A DNA stretch of 64,000 bases, taken from NCBI GenBank assembly GCA_964016885.1, contig OZ024741.1, positions 403,930,001 to 403,994,000 on the forward strand, read 5' to 3'. Positions 58,941-64,000 of the stretch are shown piece by piece. Under the pieces are notes generated by a model. The model saw nothing but the letters and a program-made list of their open reading frames with translations, searched no databases and was not told the origin of the DNA. Numbering within the stretch: the first letter of the stretch is position 1; each line of letters opens with the position of its first letter. Origin of the DNA: Eledone cirrhosa (lineage: Eukaryota). The position numbers were made by a program, and so were the translations under genes.

Positions 58941-59873
58941 ACTAGATATAGTTAGATAGATATGGTATATAGTTGAGAAGGGGTAGAGGCTGTACTGAAG
59001 GGGAAGTAGAGAGAGGAAGGGATGTAGATGATATTACTAGATATAGTTAGATAGATATGGTATATAGTTGAGAAGGGGTAGAGACTGTATTGAAGGGGAA
59101 GTAGAGAGAGGAAGGGATGTAGATGATATTACTAGATATAGTTAGATAGATATGGTATATAGTTGAGAAGGGGTAGAGACTGTATTGAAGGGGAAGTAGA
59201 GAGAGGAAGGGATGTAGATGATATTACTAGATATAGTTAGATAGATATGGTATATAGTTGAGAAGGGGTAGAGACTGTACTGAAGCGGAAGTAGAGAGAG
59301 GAAGGGATGTAGATGATATTACTAGATATAGTTAGATAGATATGGTATATAGTTGAGAAGGGGTAGAGACTGTACTGAAGGGGAAGTAGAGAGAGGAAGG
59401 GATGTAGATGATATTACTAGATATAGTTAGATAGATATGGTATATAGTTGAGAAGGGGTAGAGACTGTACTGAAGGGGAAGTAGAGAGAGGAAGGGATGT
59501 AGATGATATTACTAGATATAGTTAGATAGATATGGTATATAGTTGAGAAGGGGTAGAGACTGTACTGAAGGGGAAGTAGAGAGAGGAAGGGATGTAGATG
59601 ATATTACTAGATATAGTTAGATAGATATGGTATATAGTTGAGAAGGGGTAGAGACTGTACTGAAGGGGAAGTAGAGAGAGGAAGGGATGTAGATGATATT
59701 ACTAGATATAGTTAGATAGATATGGTATATAGTTGAGAAGGGGTAGAGGCTGTACTGAAGGGGAAGTAGAGAGAGGAAGGGATGTAGATGATATTACTAG
59801 ATATAGTTAGATAGATATGGTATATAGTTGAGAAGGGGTAGAGGCTGTACTGAAGGGGAAGTAGAGAGAGGAA
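58941..59873. repeat. 95-bp minisatellite, ~10 near-identical copies
   Basis: ACTAGATATAGTTAGATAGATATGG... recurs every 95 bp from 58941 (59036, 59131 ... 59701, 59796); a diverged partial unit lies at ~60210-60262. Confidence 0.95.
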
Positions 59874-59874
59874 A

Positions 59875-60205
59875 TATATGTATAATTTTGCCACAGGATG
59901 TTAGATAGATGTTTCTTTAAGCAGGGTTAAGCATGAATTCCTTCATCATACGACAGGTACTAGTAGATTTTGTTGTACTACTAGTTTCTTAATGTTGCCG
60001 CCCTCCCCTATGTCAAGTCAGTCAATTATATTGATGGCCTGCCCACAACCCTGGCGGAGAGAATGGAGAAGGCGTTTCCCCGGATGACGGCAAGGGAGAC
60101 GCGCTGGAAGAACCATTCCAACTCGCGAGGCTCACACCTGCGGCTGGCCAGCTCAGCGCCTATGGTGATGAGTAGGGAGGTAGCCTTAGGGCCGAGGACA
60201 CCAGA
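59875..60205 (-). mobile_element. 3' fragment of a CRE-type RLE non-LTR retrotransposon
   Basis: Manual translation of 60205 to 60026: SGVLGPKATSLLITIGAELASRRCEPRELEWFFQRVSLAVIRGNAFSILSARVVGRPSI*; QRxSLAxxRGNA is the typical CRE endonuclease C-terminus. The 3' UTR boundary is inferred. Confidence 0.75.
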
Positions 60206-60680
60206 ATATTATATATAGTTCAGAAGGGGTAGATACTGTACTAAAGAGGTAAAAGAGAGAGGTAAACAAACAGACGATATTAACTTGTTTCAGTTATTTT
60301 CCTGTTATTTAACTGTAGCTCAAACTTGAGCAATAGAATCTGCGATCAAGGCTTCATGAGTGAATGTGTAAGGGTTACGGGTGTTGTTACTAGTAGTATG
60401 TTACTGGTAGTAGAGATAGATTTGATGGAGATGTGTATATAAGTTCCTATTGTTAGTTTTGTAGATGTAAGTTTTATTCAAGTCAAGTAATCCAGCGCTG
60501 ACAATCTCATTTTCTGACTTTAAAGGTATAATGTACCTTGAACTACATTATCCAATGTGTTGTCATATCTAGGGACTGGCTTGTTGTTGATGTAGGTATT
60601 GCTGTTGTTAGTGATGTTGTTTATGGTGTTGATTACAAGATTGTGATGTTGGTTACAAGATTGGTAGTGCTGTTGTGACT

Positions 60681-63600
60681 GTTGTTACTGTTGTTGTTAC
60701 TGTTGTTGTTACTGTTGTTGTTACTGTTGTTGTTACTGTTGTTGTTACTGATGTTACTGTTGTTGTTACTGTTGTTGTTACTGTTGTTGTTACTGTTGTT
60801 GTTACTGTTGTTGTTACTGATGTTACTGTTGTTGTTACTGTTGTTGTTACTGTTGTTGTTGCTGTTGTTGTTACTGATGTTACTGTTGTTGTTACTGTAG
60901 TTGTTACTGTTGTTGTTGCTGTTGTTGTTACTGTTGTTGTTACTGATGTTACTGTTGTTGTTACTGTAGTTGTTACTGTTGTTGTTACTGTTGTTGTTAC
61001 TGTTGTTGTTACTGATGTTACTGTTGTTGTTACTGTTGTTGTTACTGTTGTTGTTACTGATGTTACTGTTGTTGTTACTGTTGTTGTTACTGTTGTTGTT
61101 GCTGTTGTTGTTACTGATGTTACTGTTGTTGTTACTGTAGTTGTTACTGTTGTTGTTGCTGTTGTTGTTACTGTTGTTACTGTTGTTGTTACTGTTGTTG
61201 TTACTGTTGTTACTGTTGTTGTTACTGTTGTTGTTACTGTTGTTGTTACTGTTGTTGTTACTGTTGTTACTGTTGTTGTTGCTGTTGTTGTTACTGTTGT
61301 TGTTACTGTTCTTGTTACTGTTGTCGTTACTGTTGTTGTTACTGTTGTTACTGTTGTTGTTACTGATGTTGTTACTGTTGTTGTTACTGTTGTTACTGTT
61401 GTTGTTACTGTTGTTGTTACTGTTGTTGTTACTGTTGTTGTTACTGTAGTTGTTACTGTTGTTGTTACTGTTGTTGTTACTGTTGTTGTTGCTGTTGTTG
61501 TTACTGTTGTTGTTGCTGTTGTTGTTACTGTTGTTGTTACTGTAGTTGTTACTGTTGTTGTTACTGTTGTCGTTACTGTTGTTGTTACTGTTGTTGTTAC
61601 TGTTGTTGTTACTGTAGTTGTTACTGTTGTTGTTACTGTAGTTGTTACTGTTGTTGTTACTGTTGTCGTTACTGTTGTTGTTACTGTTGTTGTTACTGTT
61701 GTTGTTACTGTTGTTGTTACTGTAGTTGTTACTGTTTTTGTTACTGTTGTTGTTACTGTTGTTGCTGTTGTTGTTACTGTTGTTGTTACTGTTGTTGTTA
61801 CTGTAGTTGTTACTGTTGTTGTTACTGTTGTTGTTACTGTAGTTGTTACTGTTGTTGTTACTGTTGTTGTTACTGTTGTTGCTGTTGTTGTTACTGTTGT
61901 TGTTACTGTTGTTGCTGTTGTTGTTACTGTTGTTGTTGCTGTTGTTGTTACTGTAGTTGTTACTGTTGTTGTTACTGTTGTTGTTACTGTAGTTGTTACT
62001 GTTGTTGTTACTGTTGTTGTTACTGTTGTTGTTACTGTTGTTGTTACTGTTGTTGCTGTTGTTGTTACTGTTGTTGTTACTATAGTTGTTACTGTTGTTG
62101 TTACTGTTGTTGTTACTGTTGTCGTTACTGTTGTTGTTACTGTTGTTGTTACTGTTGTTACTGTCGTTGTTACTGTTGTTGTTACTGTTGTCGTTACTGT
62201 TGTTGTTACTGTTGTTGTTACTGTTGTTACTGTTGTTGTTACTGTTGTTGTTACTGTTGTTACTGTTGTTGTTACTGTTGTTGTTACTGTTGTCGTTACT
62301 GTTGTTGTTACTGTTGTTGTTACTATTGTTGTTACTGTTGTTGTTACTGTTGTTGTGACTGCTGTTGTGACTGTTGTTGTTACTGTTGTTGTTACTGTTG
62401 TTACTGTTGTTGTTACTGTTGTTGTTACTGTTGTTGTTGCTGTTGTTGTTACTGTTGTTACTGTTGTTGTTGCTGTTGTTGTTACTGTTGTTACTGTTGT
62501 TGTTACTGTTGTTGTTACTGTTGTTGTTACTGTAGTTGTTACTGTTGTTGTTACTGCTGTTGTTACTGTTGTTGTTGCTGTTGTTGTTACTGTTGTTGTT
62601 ACTGATGTTGTTACTGTTGTTGTTACTGTTGTTGTTACTGTTGTTGTTACTGTTGTTACTGTTGTTGTTACTGATGTTGTTACTGTTGTTGTTACTGTTG
62701 TTGTTACTGTTGTTGTTACTGTTGTTGTTACAGTTGTTACTGTTGTTGTTACTGTAGTTGTTACTGTTGTTGTTGCTGTTGTTGTTACTGTTGTTACTGT
62801 TGTTGTTACTGTTGTTGTTACTGTTGTTACTGTTGTTGTTACTGTTGTTGTTACTGTTGTTGTTACTGTTGTTGTTACTGTTGTTACTGTTGTTGTTGCT
62901 GTTGTTGTTACTGTTGTTGTTACTGTTCTTGTTACTGTTGTCGTTACTGTTGTTGTTACTGTTGTTACTGTTCTTGTTACTGTTGTCGTTACTGTTGTCG
63001 TTACTGTTGTTACTGTTGTTGTTACTGTTGTTGTTACTGTTGTTGTTACTGTTGTTGTTACTGTTGTTACTGTTGTTGTTACTGTTGTTACTGTTGTTGT
63101 TGCTGTTGTTGTTACTGTTGTTGTTACTGTTCTTGTTACTGTTGTCGTTACTGTTGTCGTTACTGTTGTTACTGTTGTTGTTACTGTTGTTGTTACTGTT
63201 GTTGTTACTGTTGTTGTTACTGTTGTTACTGTTGTTGTTACTGTTGTCGTTACTGTTGTTACTGTTGTTGTTACTGTTGTTGTTACTGTTGTTACTGTTG
63301 TTGTTACTGTTGTCGTTACTGTTGTTGTTACTGTTGTCGTTACTGTTGTTGTTACTGTTGTTGTTACTGTTGTTGTTACTGTTGTTGTTACTGTAGTTGT
63401 TACTGTTGTTGTTACTGTTGTTGTTACTGTTGTTGTTGCTGTTGTTGTTACTGTTGTTGTTGCTGTTGTTGTTACTGTTGTTGTTACTGTAGTTGTTACT
63501 GTTGTTGTTACTGTTGTCGTTACTGTTGTTGTTACTGTTGTTGTTACTGTTGTTGTTACTGTAGTTGTTACTGTTGTTGTTACTGTAGTTGTTACTGTTG

Positions 63601-64000
63601 TTGTTACTGTTGTCGTTACTGTTGTTGTTACTGTTGTTGTTACTGTTGTTGTTACTGTTGTTGTTACTGTAGTTGTTACTGTTTTTGTTACTGTTGTTGT
63701 TACTGTTGTTGCTGTTGTTGTTACTGTTGTTGTTACTGTTGTTGCTGTTGTTGTTACTGTTGTTGTTGCTGTTGTTGTTACTGTAGTTGTTACTGTTGTT
63801 GTTACTGTAGTTGTTACTGTTGTTGTTACTGTTGTTGTTACTGTTGTTGTTACTGTAGTTGTTACTGTTGTTGTTACTGTTGTTGTTACTGTTGTTGCTG
63901 TTGTTGTTACTGTTGTTGTTACTGTAGTTGTTACTGTTGTTGTTACTGTTGTTGTTACTGTTGTCGTTACTGTTGTCGTTACTGTTGTTGTTACTGTTGT
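60681..64000. repeat. (GTTGTTACTGTT)n 12-mer satellite with 9-mer variants, open at the window's right edge
   Basis: Read directly; gives the poly-Leu artefact ORFs. Confidence 0.96.

Noticed and set aside
58941-59873. CRISPR-like array
   Set aside because: Units are contiguous and near-identical with no unique spacers; the context is eukaryotic and there are no cas genes.
60682-63396. Poly-Leu ORFs
   Set aside because: Translation of the (GTTGTTACTGTT)n satellite.

Overview
Eukaryotic, repeat-saturated DNA with no recognisable host gene. The SINE and LINE types resemble those of octopus/cephalopod genomes (inference). Bases 1-42.3 kb are one strand-asymmetric hexamer-mosaic satellite (ACCAAC/ACCAAT/ACCATC) containing an ~11.7 kb and an ~4.2 kb higher-order tandem duplication; its ORFs are artefacts. 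From 42.5 to 47.9 kb, retroelements are strung together by (TATG)n: a 5'-truncated R4/Dong-type RLE LINE with pure (TATG)n on both sides, a short RTE-tailed element, a tRNA-SINE and a truncated RTE LINE with three C2H2 fingers. From 48 to 58.5 kb, Penelope-like (PLE) remnants sit in (TA)n tracts: one GIY-YIG ORF with a CxCx5Cx5C (Naiad-type) linker, two fold-back elements, and 11 hammerhead-ribozyme-like motifs from about 9 unrelated sequence families, all found by eye. A 95-bp minisatellite at 58.9-59.9 kb is followed by a CRE-type LINE 3' end that the ORF track misses. The window ends in a (GTTGTTACTGTT)n satellite. All calls come from reading motifs manually; no database search was run.
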